A stretch of 64,000 nucleotides of DNA from Octopus sinensis (taxonomy: Eukaryota): NCBI RefSeq assembly GCF_006345805.1, contig NC_043001.1, positions 119,164,001 to 119,228,000 on the forward strand, written 5' to 3'. A program made the position numbers and the translations under genes. Under the pieces are notes generated by a model. It ran no database searches. It saw only the letters and a list, made by a program, of their open reading frames with translations, and had not been told where the DNA came from. Positions within the stretch are counted from its first letter, which is position 1. Every line of letters begins with the position of its first letter. Shown one piece after another: positions 28,117 through 40,900 of this stretch.

Positions 28117-28423
28117 TCTTCGCCCTTCTCAAGCCTAACCAGGCTCATGGGCCCGGTTTCCCGGTTTCTGTGGCGTATATGTTCCCCCCAGCTGGACGGG
28201 GCACCAGTCCATCGCAACGTTACTCAATAAACAGGAAGAGAGAGAGTGAGAGAAAGTTTTGGCGAAAGAGTACAACAGGGTCGCCACCATCCCCTGCCTG
28301 AGCCTCGTGGAGCTTTTAGGTGTTTTCGCTCAATAAACACACACAACGCCCGGTCTGGGAATCGAAACTGCGATCCTCCGACCGCGAGTCCACTGCCCTA
28401 ACCACTGGGCCATTGCGCCTCCT
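28117..28423 (-). mobile_element. tRNA-derived SINE family C
   Basis: Head aggaggcgcaatggcccagtggttagggcagtggactcgcgg...gtttcgattcccagacc matches 55764. The 3' part (cccggtttctgtggcg...ctggacggggcaccagtccatcgca) differs from that copy and resembles a conserved SINE central domain. Confidence 0.85.
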
Positions 28424-29191
28424 TTTATACATGCACAAACACAAAAGATGATTGCAAAGATAATCAACAGAAAAATACTAAATAAATAAATAAAATACGA
28501 ACCAGATTGAATTTCAACTGAAAACTTTATATGGAGAAATATAACATTGTATGCATCAATATTTATTTTCTTTTGTATTTTCATATATATGACGTAAGCA
28601 ACTTCTTTCATTCTCTAAATTAACTCTATGACAAAACTTTGAAATCGTTTGTATCCACCGCTAAATTTAGATTTCAGAAATGCACTGACGATGTCAATTG
28701 AGAATGATTTACGTACATGCAATTGAAACAGGAAAATTGCTAACCCTGCTTGTATTCCATGTTTTCCAAGTTCATTTTCGAAATTTACTTCTCAAAGCTT
28801 AAAAAAGACATTTGAAGCAAAAATAAGTAATTTCTTAGTTTTCTTTCCCATAATGCAAATACCGAATGAAGGACCGTAAAACATGCCATACGTCCATACA
28901 TATGAATATACACACATGCATACATGCATACATGCATGCATACATACATACATACGCACATGCATACATGCATGCATACATACATACATACACACATACA
29001 TACATACATACATACATACATACACACATACATACATACATACATACATACATACATACATACATACATACATACACATACATACATACATACAGACATA
29101 CACACAAACGCATGCTTATGTATATTTCAGTGTTTGTGTACGGGTGTGTATGCGCGTGTCAATATGAGCCTCTGCACGCGTACGTATGTTT

Positions 29192-29225
<34 letters not shown>

Positions 29226-29512
29226 CTTTGAGATATTCTGATGATACATGCATCTTTTTCTCAAGTCAGAAACTGCTTCATTACCATCACCGAAGCCGTG
29301 AGCAATGTTGTTAACCTCACAAATTGTGCAGAACTTGCATCGCCTAACTAATTCACTAACTAACTAAATATACATACGGGGAAATGAGAGCAAATAATAT
29401 GTCGTTTGAATGAAGCAACCGCCGGATATTTTATAGACACATATTCGTACATACACATATTATATGTATATCATAGATATTATACCATACATATATGTAT
29501 ATATATATGTAT

Positions 29513-29543
<31 letters not shown>

Positions 29544-29590
29544 CACATTATATGCAACATTATATGTGTGTGTGTATATATATATGTATG

Positions 29591-29626
<36 letters not shown>

Positions 29627-29816
29627 ATATTGTGTGTGAATGTATAACCATAACGAAAGAAAACGCCGTGCCTCATCTCCGTGCACTTGTTATACATCTC
29701 AAACTCTAAAATACTACGCTTGTTCCTAAGTTGCTGGGTTATGAAACTCTATCTTCTCTTTGTCTCTGTGAGTATGTGTAAGTCGATTTGTCTGCCCGCA
29801 TGCTTATCTATCTCTG

Positions 29817-30066
<250 letters not shown>

Positions 30067-30130
30067 CCCTTTACACTTTGCATCATGACATTTCTGTAAT
30101 GCACGATCCCTATTGATCGTTTTTTTCCAG

Positions 30131-30156
30131 GACTTCCGCAGTACTCTTAAAGCTAG
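30131..30156 (+). CDS. candidate micro-exon 1 of 4 (DFRSTLKA-S) of an unidentified gene's 3' end
   Basis: Acceptor gtttttttccag, donor AG/GTACTT; phase 0 to 2, matching the exon at 31807. Confidence 0.35.
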
Positions 30157-30448
30157 GTACTTTCCAGCACCCTTTCGTATAATACATACATTTATACATA
30201 CATATATATACATGTACATGTAAATATATATATGTGTATATTATGTGTATTATGTGTATTACATGCAAATGTATATATATGTATGTATATATATATGTAT
30301 GTATGTATATATATATGTATGTATATATATATATATATTATATATATATATATATATATATGTAGGTCCCGGGTTGATTCGGGGTTAACCACAGTAAATA
30401 AGGTACTCAATACATAGCAGAGTAAAATTAATTTATTATATAGAAGGA

Positions 30449-30497
30449 GCTTCTACAGGACTAGAACTGTTTCATTCAAGAGAAATCTTCAGGAAGC
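30449..30497 (-). ncRNA. type I hammerhead ribozyme (mirror copy)
   Basis: Exact reverse complement of the motif at 30504-30552. Confidence 0.7.
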
Positions 30498-30503
30498 GCC
30501 TGA

Positions 30504-30552
30504 GCTTCCTGAAGATTTCTCTTGAATGAAACAGTTCTAGTCCTGTAGAAGC
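30504..30552 (+). ncRNA. type I hammerhead ribozyme
   Basis: GCUUC-CUGAAGA-U.UUC(UCUU)GAA.U-GAAA-CAG(UUCUAGUC)CUG-UA/GAAGC: 5-bp stem I, stem II with a U-U closing mismatch, closed stem III. Predicted cut after 30547. Confidence 0.7.
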
Positions 30553-30568
30553 TCCTTCTATATAATAA

Positions 30569-30624
<56 letters not shown>

Positions 30625-31002
30625 TACACATATACATATATTTATATATATGCATATACGATTGAGTGGACAAACAAATGAAAAAGGCACTCAACACATT
30701 CAGTAGGAGTTATATGTATTATTTAAAATAGTTACATTCGGCTCCATACGGCTTAAAGTTTCGCAGGCCTCTTACCAGATCCCGTCTCTTTCACTCTTTG
30801 ATTACCGCTATGTGATTATCAGATGTTGGATCATTAGGGAAATTGTAAGTCCTTGTGGAATCTTTATTTTTTTCTTGTGTTCTTTTATTTCATCATTCCA
30901 AGCACACTAGTAGTTATTATATTGTTTCTCTCCTCAATACTCTAATCTTGTCTATTCTCATTTTCAAGATCCTTGCATTATGTTAATATTTCAGGCAACT
31001 GA

Positions 31003-31215
31003 AGGCGATGCACTGGCAGAATGATTAGCACGCTGGGCAAAATGCGTGGCGGCATTTCGTTCGTCTTTATGTTCTGAGCTCTAATTCCACCGAAGTCGAC
31101 TTTACATTTCATCCTTCGTGGGGTCGGTAAAATAGAACCAGTTGAGTATTGGGGTGAACGTAATCGACCTACTCTCTCCCTCGCACTTGATGGCCTTGTG
31201 CCAAAATTTGAAATC
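31003..31215 (+). mobile_element. SINE family B
   Basis: aggcgatgcactggcagaatgattagcacgctgggcaaaatg...gtcgactttacatttcatcc. Confidence 0.85.
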
Positions 31216-31806
31216 GATATTTCAGACAGCTTCTATGCAATGTTTTGGGCAGCTGAAATTACCTGAGTTGTTTATATCCGGTTTATTTGCTTAAATTGTG
31301 TTGCATTGTTTGTAATGATAGAATGTTCATATTCAGAGTTTGGTGTATTTTTTAAAGTGTTTTTTTCGCAGTCAAATTACGGCAAATTGCCTAATGAATA
31401 TATGCACGTGATTATGCCTTCTTTCATTAGCCCAGTAATCTTATTTTTATTGCGTATTTAAACCACCTCGCTCTGATTGCCCGGGACATATAAAGAGCTT
31501 TGTTTGAAGTTTACCATTATGTATTGCATTATGATTATTCTACATAATATTTGTATCGTGCCAATTACTGCTATTCTATTCAAAGTATTCTATATAAATA
31601 CCGTTTCTACTAAGCTCTATTATACTGACTCTACATTTCATATGTGCCACTTGCTGCTATTTTTGTATATTGCATTTGTGTGTAAGTCCTAGGATTTCAG
31701 TGATGTAATTGTCTGCTCTCTTTTATAGTTTACGAGGCTCCTATTATTATGGGAATTATTTTTGTTCTCAATTTCTTCTTTCTGCATATTTCTATTTGCA
31801 CAACAG

Positions 31807-31871
31807 TCAAGCGGTAGTACATCAGCAGAGCAATAGAGATGTTAGTCCAGTTCACCCAAAGTCTGCAAGAG
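31807..31871 (+). CDS. candidate exon 2 of 4 (QAVVHQQSNRDVSPVHPKSAR)
   Basis: Long pyrimidine tract plus CAG acceptor; AG/GTAGAT donor; only the phase 2-to-1 frame is open. Confidence 0.45.
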
Positions 31872-32479
31872 GTAGATATATGGCCTTGTGTTTATTTTGT
31901 AAATATAATAATAATTCTAATTACTAAATTATTTTCGTTACATAAGCACAAAGTCACACGACTAGCCGCCAATGTATGTCCTATAGCAGACATCTAGATA
32001 CTTTCTCACTAAACTATAGCGCGAAAACTATAAACATTAAACATACAGATCATGATGCAATATCTTGCGCGAGATAGAACACAACTAAATAAGGCAACGC
32101 GGCAAGATCAAATCCTAATCTCACTTACATAATGCTGATTAATTCGAGACCGAATAGGACAGCACCAACAAGACTATAAATGCTATGCAAGAGAAAAGAG
32201 TTCTAAAGTTGTACATTTTAGATATGGCAATAATTTTAAATGGGCAATGCCCAACAAAACCGAAAAAGTTTTAGTAAAAAAAAAGGGGAGGGGCTCTGAA
32301 TGAGAGATCAACACTTAGTCCTTTTGCTTGCGACTCATGACCAAAGACTTCCCACGTGAAACTATGAAAAACAGATAATGAAAACATAATAGAAAAGTAT
32401 TTGAACACAGCAAATAAATACATTATTTCTAACCTCACAGTCTTCAACAGAAGTGAATTATTGAAGCAGATATGACTGG

Positions 32480-32760
32480 ACTAAATAAATGTTTTACATA
32501 AAGAAATCTAAGGGATAGTACTTTCACACACCATATGATGTACCAGCGAATGACAAAATGTCTATACTCTGGCATATGTCAATTCATACAGATAAGGAGA
32601 AACATTTCTGGGATATTTTTGTCAAAGAATATCATGAAAAACTATAATGTCTCTTGACAGTTGTATCAGTTCCAGCAGGCAACATTATATCCCTGACTGA
32701 AATAGAGATTCAGTCCAAATATAAATATCTGCAAATAGAAATATGCAGAAAGAAGAAATT
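32480..32760 (+). mobile_element. degenerate R4/Dong-like LINE fragment (restriction-like endonuclease region)
   Basis: Pieces MSILWHMSIHTDKE, DIFVKE and VSVPAGNIISLTEIEIQSKYKYLQIEI. Confidence 0.6.
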
Positions 32761-33215
32761 TATTTTTTATTTTACGTAAGGATGGACGAAATGCCGTTAA
32801 GCATTTTATTCGGTGAGCTAACGATTCTTCCGGCTCGCAATAACAACAACAATAATAATAATAGTAAACATCTCCTACAGACAGTATCTCACAAGCTGCT
32901 GCCATATTTGCAAGCAGAGGATAAAAATATCACACGTGAGGCCTGAAATTAATTAGAGCAGTGTTTATTGTCCATATTTACTGATGCAGAGCACGTCTGG
33001 ACGCCAAACTTACGTTTCTAAATTGGATTATTATGGCGATACACACAACTTCTTTTTTTTACCTTTTTCTTTATACTTTGCTGGCTTTCATTTTCTTTTG
33101 TGGCTTACAATTTTTTTTATTTTTCCTTTTACCATGTGAAAGTAGAAGAGGATTGCTTTTTGGGTGTTTTGTTATAGGCGCTGTGATTATCCTCCTCCTC
33201 CTCCTCCTCCTCCTC

Positions 33216-33287
<72 letters not shown>

Positions 33288-33691
33288 ATGGTGCTGCTGC
33301 TGTTGTTGTTGGTGTTGCTGTTGTTATTGTCTTTGTTACTATTATAGAAACAATAAAAACAATAAAAACTAAATAAAAAAAAATACTTTCTCGTTTTCTC
33401 GTGTAAATAGTTTATTTTTCTCACTTCTCTGATGGAGTCTTTCTTTTCTTCATCTCCAAATGAAGCATGAAATTGGCTGAATAACATAAGGGAAATGTCA
33501 AAGAGTTGCTGGGTCGTTACTATTGTTGTTATTGATGTTGTTATTATTGTTGTGATGGGTATGAAACGAATAAAGCCAAAGGAAGAAGAAGAAGAAAAAA
33601 GTCAAATTGAGAGAGAGAGAGAGAAAAAAAATCAACCGTTCCTCTCCTATATTATTTAGTTAGAGTGTTGCTGTGTTGTTTTTAGATAGTT

Positions 33692-33723
<32 letters not shown>

Positions 33724-33935
33724 GCTATTATTAACTTTGCAGCTAACGTTGCTGTCGCTATTGCATTTCATAATATTATTGTTTTCATTGGTGATAATGA
33801 TGGTGAGGCTGATGATGATGATGATAATGATGAAGATACGGTGATGATGTAATAATGTCGCTGTTACTGTTGTTGTTTTGCCCTGTGTCAGGATTGATTG
33901 GGCAAAAATATGATTAAAGGTATTCCACAGGTGAA

Positions 33936-34166
33936 AGGCGGCGAGCTGGCAGAAACGTTAGCTCGCCGGGTGAAATGCTTAGCAGTATTTCGTCTGTCTC
34001 TGCGTTCTGAGTTCAAATTCCGCCGAGGTCGACTTGGCCTTTCATCCTTTCGGAGTCGATAAATTAAGTACCAGTTACGCACTGGGGTCGATGTAACCGA
34101 CTTAATCCGTTTGTCTGTCCTTGTTTGTCCTCTCTGTGTTTAGCCCCTTGTGGGTAGTAAAGAAAT
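33936..34166 (+). mobile_element. well-preserved SINE family B with apparent target-site duplication
   Basis: Full head-to-tail copy, flanked by aggtattccacaGgtga (33918-33934) and aggtattccacaCgtga (34167-34183). Confidence 0.92.
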
Positions 34167-35103
34167 AGGTATTCCACACGTGACCATCCCGTATTCTATT
34201 CGAATGTTTTGTGTATGTATTTTTGAGAGTGTGCAAGTGTGTGTGTGTGTGTGTGTATTAAGGATTAAATCATCTTGCGTGTCCTTCCCTCTTCTTCCTT
34301 TTTGTAATGGCAGGTTGTGATTTGAGGGAGATTTGACTGTTATTTTCTAACAATCCGAATAAAAGTGTAGAAATTCGCTCATGGTGATGATGATGGATGA
34401 TGTTGATGATGATGATAGTTATCGTGGTGACGGTGGTGGTGGTGGTGATGGTGGTTGATTTCATGCATTGCTGCTACTGCTGCTGCTGCTGCTACTGCTG
34501 TTCATGTTGCAGATGACAATGCAAACGGCGGTGGTGGCGGCGCAGGTAGCGGTGGTGATCTTGGTGTTTGTTAATGCTGATTATTATATCTGTGAAGAGA
34601 CAACGATGATGGTAACGGTGACATTGATGGTACTGATGATGTTGGTGATAGTGATGTTACTAATGATGCTAACAGCAGCGATGGCGACAAAGGTTAGGAA
34701 CAGACAGTGATGAAATTCCATAAAAAAATCTGCTCGTTGTAAATGAAAGAGACTTACCATTTACTACCAGAGTGTGAAATACTCTACTTGACAGAGATAA
34801 ATTAGAAAAATATAAAGAAAAAGAACAAAAACATATGACTGTGCCAATAGTCCAATCAGTAGCTAGGACAAAATATAAAAAAAAAAATACTAAAAATAAA
34901 TGCAGTGTAGTATAAAACGAGATTATAGTAAAGGAGATAGCCTATGTTAATACGATGCTGACTTTTTATGAATTAGGGATTTCCATTAGATCAATCCTTT
35001 GAGGTGTATGACATCTATGAAGACTCAGTTCTTTTGTTAGTGGTGTGGTGAGTGCTTTTACTCATGGAGTAGTACTTATAGAGTATATTTATATACTATA
35101 GAG

Positions 35104-35435
35104 CAGTGATACTGAAAGTGGTGGTGGCCGGACCGGTGACGGCCCGCGAGCCGTCATCTGCCGGTACGCAGAAAGAAAAGAAAGAAACTATAGCATAATT
35201 TCAGTAATTTCGCCTTACGCTCTGCAGTAAACAACTTATCAGCTTATGTAATATTGTATTATATGTTTACGAAACAAATATAAGATAAAAGAATATCGTC
35301 AACATTTATCATATTCATCATATATATTGTTTCCGGTATAAATTAATATTACTAAGAAATATTACCGGTCCCTGGTGCATTGGGAAAAAAAAAAAACCTG
35401 CCGGTACGCCACATCAGATAGTTTGAGAAGCACTG
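35104..35435. mobile_element. hAT-type MITE
   Basis: Imperfect TIRs CAGTGATACTGAAAGT and (reverse complement) CAGTGCTTCTCAAACT; the 8-bp TSD is not clean. Confidence 0.55.
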
Positions 35436-36579
35436 TATTAGTAGATATTTATATACTCTAAAGAGTATATTTATATACTAAAGAGTATATTTTAGAGTAT
35501 ATTTATATATACAGTACTAATTATAGTGTATTTTACTTATAGAGTATATTTATAAGCTCTTGATGTTATAGAGTATACCTATAAGCTTTTGATCATAGAT
35601 CAAAAGCGTTCCAGTCATGGCACACCAATGTGCTCATCAGTCCTTGGCTAAATATAATTCGAGAAAGACTGGTTACTATTTCTAACAGGCCCAAGGATAC
35701 GGTAGAGTATCTTTCACTGACCCGCGATGATATCATTTTCATGTTGTTTAAGTTGGTCAAATTATCTGATCAAATCCTCACCAAATTGTACTCATACACA
35801 GAAAAATTCACTCGGTACCTCTAGAGTGCTGACCCTACTGCTTACAGTAGTGAAATCATTTCTATTCCGAGGTGCATATATTTAGGCACTCACTCACATT
35901 TGAGAGTTTCAGCTCAGACACGTTAATATAATCAATTCATTAGTCTATCATTTCTATCATTTCTTCCATCTGCGAATTTCTGTCATAAGATCAGATTAAA
36001 AATTTAGAAGATTAATTCTAACAGTAGATATAAATTGCTGGTGTAAATTATTGTAAGAACACCTGAAATAATCAAGAAGTTATCAAAAACTAAATTCTGA
36101 GATGTGTGACAAAAAAAAAAATAATAACTGTGAGGGTTATATCAATGTTGTTTGAGTACTAAGACGGAAGAATATGGATGAAATGGTTGAAAGGAAGTAA
36201 GTATTCTGGACATTGTAGAGGCTTGTCTCACTATCTAGAGTTACGCAAATAGATGGGCCTTTCCTTAGCTCAAGTATATGAAAAGGAAAATAAGCTTTGT
36301 GTTGTTTTCTGTTCAAATGTGGACTGTTAAGAAATGTTTCTTCAGGTCGCCTATATCAATTTTAATGTCTGTCGAACAGTGGAATCATTAGGATATTAGA
36401 CAAATATCTTTATGTATATGCTGCTTCACTTTCCGATCTGACTTCAAATCCGGCGAGATCAACTTTGCCTTTTAACTGTACAGACAGATAAATCGACCAC
36501 AGTTAAGCTCTGAGATCGATTTCTCTCTCTCTCTCTCTCCCTCTCTCTCTCTCTCGCTCGCACTTTCTCTCTCCTCCAG

Positions 36580-36603
36580 ATTCAGCTGTTCTTCGAGATG
36601 TGG
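36580..36603 (+). CDS. candidate micro-exon 3 of 4 (D-SAVLRDV)
   Basis: Acceptor ctttctctctcctccag, donor GG/GTAATT, 24 nt, phase 1-1, frame open. Confidence 0.45.
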
Positions 36604-37039
36604 GTAATTATTGATGCAATTTGTAAGAGGAAACGTCAAAAATATACAAGACTTCTAAAGTTCAGCATCTAACCATATACCATTATTGTTATGTAAATTA
36701 CTGTGTAGAACTTGCTCTTTTTTCCTTAAAGACCAGAATCTTCTTTATGAAAAGAATTTGAAAAAAAAAAAACGAACACACAAACACGCATATGAGGAAG
36801 CAGTGGTTTATCATTGATTCAAACAGATTTTGAATGTCGTATCATATCCTTTCAATAACATCCATAAATCACCAACCACAGAAGTGCATTCATCGATCAA
36901 GTCTGCATGCATGATGCAAATAACATCACGGGAAGTAAAAAGAAAATTCTTAGAAAGTATTTGGTTTCGGGTAAGTTGCTCAGCTCTATTGCAACAAAAT
37001 TGAGATGAAATACTTTCTACTTTTCAGCAGAAGCCATGC

Positions 37040-37710
37040 ATGGCTATGTTGTCACAAAACGTCAGAGTAATAGTGATATTAGTAATCGGAGTAATCTTGG
37101 GTCATGCTTTTATGAAATTATATCTCTGACTTACAAAATGGATAGAGATGCATCCAAACGACCTAGATCTGGAAACTTGTATGGACTATAAAAGTAACAC
37201 AGAAGGTGTGACTCACATTATAAACAGCTTTCAGAAAATGTCATCAAGATACTATGTACTTATGAGACATGATGCATTGGTCAAAACACTATACAATACT
37301 TTCCGCGAAAACGGCTGCCCTAAAGATAAAAATAAAAGACCAAAATATGCAAATCGGTAGCAGGCAAACTCACTTATAATATGAAAGAAAATTGGTGGAA
37401 TATCCCGGTCAAATTGTCAGCAAAATTTGGTGTAATAGAAGTGTGCAGAGTAAGAAACCGGTTGCTCAACAGACGTTAATACAATGTTAAAGATAAAATG
37501 AAAAGGAAAATACGCCGACTAATGAGAAATCAATAGATACAATACCCGGACTATTACTTTAGTTTTATACCTGTGATTATTGAGGCATTTGGAGATGTAA
37601 ATACCCGAAAACTAATCTTGAACCAGAACCAGAAAGGTCATGGCTAATTAGGTAATTGCAGTTACAAGCCATTAACTGAACTGTGGAAATATGTGAAACA
37701 TTCCGGAAAC
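37040..37710 (+). mobile_element. degenerate R4/Dong-like LINE C-terminal fragment
   Basis: Zn-knuckle remnant TEGVTHII...RYYVLMRHD, then WWNIPVK and FSFIPVIIEAFG. Confidence 0.7.
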
Positions 37711-38168
37711 TTACTCTCTTACTCTGTATTAAGTACCTGTATCAACGTAGTCATATTGATAATATGATACAATATATGTGTGTGTGTGTGTATCTATATA
37801 TATTGATATGTCCATGTGTGTGTGTATGCACATAAGTTAAACCATACATGCCCATACACATACATATAGCTGCTTCTAACCTGCAGCGTTTCAATGTATG
37901 TATAAGTTCACATTAAATTATTCATGCAGTTGCCTATGTTAGTTAATGTTTAAATGGGAATCACGAAAAGAAAGAGACCAGTTAACACGCCCTTTATAAT
38001 TTGTAAGCGGAGCAGTTAAAATATGGAAGACATTTCTAAAGTTCAACATGTGACACTTAAAGATTTTGTTAGCCAAATTACCAAAGATGAAACTTTGTTT
38101 CTTCCTTCTAAGTAGAATACAAATAATTATCAAAAAAAAGATTATATATATCTATATGCATACATACA

Positions 38169-38204
<36 letters not shown>

Positions 38205-38267
38205 TGTATGTATGTATGTATGTATGTATGTATGTATGTATGTATGTATATATATATATATATATAA

Positions 38268-38625
38268 ATGAATTATCTTGTTACGGATTATTCAAAAGAT
38301 AACCGATACCTGGGTAGCAAAAATCACAACAGAAAATTCACGGTTTAGGTTACGACCATGAGGTCTCAAACCCGTGCCTTAATGCGGAAATTTGAAGTTT
38401 ATATATTTAGTGTAGGAAGAAATGGAGCTGAACGAAGATTTAACAAAATTCCTTTTTATTATTTTCTACATATGTTTCAAAGGCTGCAAAGTCCCTAATT
38501 CGGATTGAATAAGGAGACCATTTTGCAGCCTTCTCTTCAGGAAAATCCAGGAACTTAATTCTCCAACAAAATGCGCATCAAACTTTTCGACAAACGCTCG
38601 CGAGGAGCCCATGGGATAAATGGCA
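38268..38625 (-). mobile_element. Penelope-like terminal fragment, long-stem hammerhead family
   Basis: Shares cgttcagctccatttcttc and the HHR with 42642-42805, and modules with 5575-5716. Confidence 0.7.
38462..38545 (-). ncRNA. type I hammerhead ribozyme with extended stem II
   Basis: UUUUC-CUGAAGA-GAAGGCUGCAAA(31 nt)UUUGCAGCCUUU-GAAA-C(AUAU)G-UA/GAAAA: 5-bp stem I, 12-bp stem II, palindromic ACAUAUGU. Predicted cut between 38467 and 38466. Confidence 0.85.
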
Positions 38626-38635
38626 CAGAACTGTA

Positions 38636-38671
<36 letters not shown>

Positions 38672-38693
38672 TGTATGTATGTATGTATGTATG

Positions 38694-38793
<100 letters not shown>

Positions 38794-38907
38794 TACATCG
38801 CGTTTCATTATCTACAGTTGTTGAATTAATTGCTATGATTAAGATTTTTTACAATCTAGCTCAATTATTATGCGATGAATTTAATGATTAAAAACGGCAA
38901 GCATATA

Positions 38908-38958
<51 letters not shown>

Positions 38959-39036
38959 TACATAAAAACACACATTGATGCATAAACGTTCATACACTCA
39001 TACATACACATAATTTATTCTACATTCGTATTTTAG

Positions 39037-39098
39037 ATTTACATGTACACCGCCCATCTATTTTCTACGGAATTACAGAGTTCACAACTGCTTTGTAA
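39037..39098 (+). CDS. candidate terminal exon 4 of 4 (D-LHVHRPSIFYGITEFTTAL*)
   Basis: Acceptor cgtattttag; phase 1 start; ends in TAA after a class I PDZ-binding motif (T-T-A-L). Confidence 0.5.
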
Positions 39099-39149
39099 TT
39101 CTGCCATTTCGCTGCATTCACAACGAGTAATGAAATCATCATCGCTGTT

Positions 39150-40198
39150 GTTGCTGTCGTCGATAATATCGCCATTGTTGTCGTTGTTGTTGTTATTATT
39201 ATTATTATCATTATTGTGTATCATTTTTTTTTTCATCTGAAAGCTTGTGAAATTGACAGGAATACATATTTATCCCCACAACCACGACAAGTACCACCGT
39301 CATAATTACCGCTACCACCACCACCACCACCACCACCACCACAACCACCACCACCACTATCATCATCATCATCATCATCATCCTCATCGTTATCATTGTT
39401 TTCCTTCTTTACGTCCTCCTTCTACTCATCATCACGATCATCATGAATGTCACTGTCATCATCACCACTCCCACATCATCATCATCACAATCATCATCCT
39501 CCTCCTCATCATCATCATCATCATCATCACCAACATAGACAACGATAGGAGCGGTGGCAGTGACGGTGGCAGCAGCATCACCACAACACCAACATTAATA
39601 GCTGCAACAATTGTCTAAGATAAGATACCTGACCACCACCACCACCACCACCACCACTACAACTACTACCACCACCACCACCACCACCACCACCACCACC
39701 GGCTCCAATGCCTCTTCTAAAAGTCAGTCTGTGCCAGCTTCGCCAGTTCCAAAGCTGAAAATCGAATTTTTTAACAGCAGCAGATAAAATTAAAATCACT
39801 TTGTTGTAGCCATGACAACCACAGCAGTTCCATTCTCCGAGACCGCCTGACGTTTCTGTGTGTGTTGATGGAGGTGTTGGCCACTGGTGCTAGTGCAGGT
39901 GATGGTGGTGGTCGTGGTGGTCGTGGCTGCAGAGGTGCTAAAGGTTGTGATGGTGGTTGTATTAATAGAGGTGTTAGTCGTTATGGTGTTAGCAGTTGAG
40001 GTGGTGGTCGTGGTTGGATTGATAGAGGTGTTGGCCAGTGGTGTTAGAGGAGATGGTATAAGTAGCGCTGGATGTGGAGGTGATAAAGGTTGTGATGGCG
40101 GTTGTGTTAATAGAGGTGTTGGTCGTTGTGATGGTAATAGTGGTGGTGTTAGTAGTGAAATCCTGTGAGGTTGAGTGGCAGTTGCATTGTTTTTAGTG

Positions 40199-40231
<33 letters not shown>

Positions 40232-40900
40232 ATGGTGGTAATGATGTCGGTGGTGATGCTGATGGCAATAGTGATGGTAAAGGCAGTTATGGTGGTAGTG
40301 GTGGTGGTAGTGGTTATGGAAGTGTTGGAGATTTTGATGATAATCCTTGTTGGTTGTGCTAGTAAAGGTTTTGGGGTTATGCTGTTACTGGTAAACATCA
40401 GTTGTGTTGGTTGTGGTATTTAGTGGTGAAAGTCTGACGAAGTGCTGCTGGTTGGTGATAGCGGTTGTGATTATGGTACTTGTGGTAATTTTTAAGAAAG
40501 AGTGTCGGCCTGCTGTGTTAGTGATGTTTGTGGTGTTGGCAGTTGGAGGTTGCTATGCTGACCTGTGATGTTGGCCGGTGCCGTGGTGTTGGTTGGCGCC
40601 GTGGTGTTGGTTGGCGCTGTGGTGTTGGTTGGCGCCGTGGTGTTGGTTGGTGCTGTGATATTGGCTGGTGCCGTGGGCTGGTTGGTGCCGTGGGCTGGTT
40701 GGTGCCGTGGGGTTGGTTGTAACGTTCCTTATAACCATGATGGTGGTTGTACTAGAGGTGGTTGTTGTGGCGAAGGTAGATTGTTGATGGTAGTTTATAT
40801 AAGTACTGGTAGCAGTAGTAATAGGAGTGGAGTTGTCCTATAGTTTTGGATGTAGTCGTAATGTTGTTTGTGTTATTATTTATTGCCGTGATGGAGGTTG
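39150..40900. repeat. trinucleotide-rich low-complexity region (CAT/CAC/GGT/AGT)
   Basis: Direct reading; lies just downstream of the candidate stop codon. Confidence 0.85.
40577..40718. repeat. GC-rich minisatellite, eight 17-18 bp units
   Basis: Consensus GGYGCCGTGGTGTTGGTT; six 18-bp and two 17-bp units. Confidence 0.9.

Larger units (their letters stand above)
30360..30570. mobile_element. Penelope-like terminal fragment folded back into a perfect palindrome
   Basis: 30431-30497 is the exact reverse complement of 30504-30570 (67 bp, 6-nt loop GCCTGA); (TA)n on both sides. Confidence 0.75.

Noticed and set aside
29248-29290. CTGATGA...GAAA motif
   Set aside because: No stem II, stem I or NUH site in register.
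32881-32935. Exon-like segment between candidate exons 2 and 3
   Set aside because: In the phase required by the chain it contains a stop codon (TAA).
39247-39618. His-rich ORF
   Set aside because: Product of CAC/CAT repeats; starts at TTG with no supporting splice signals.
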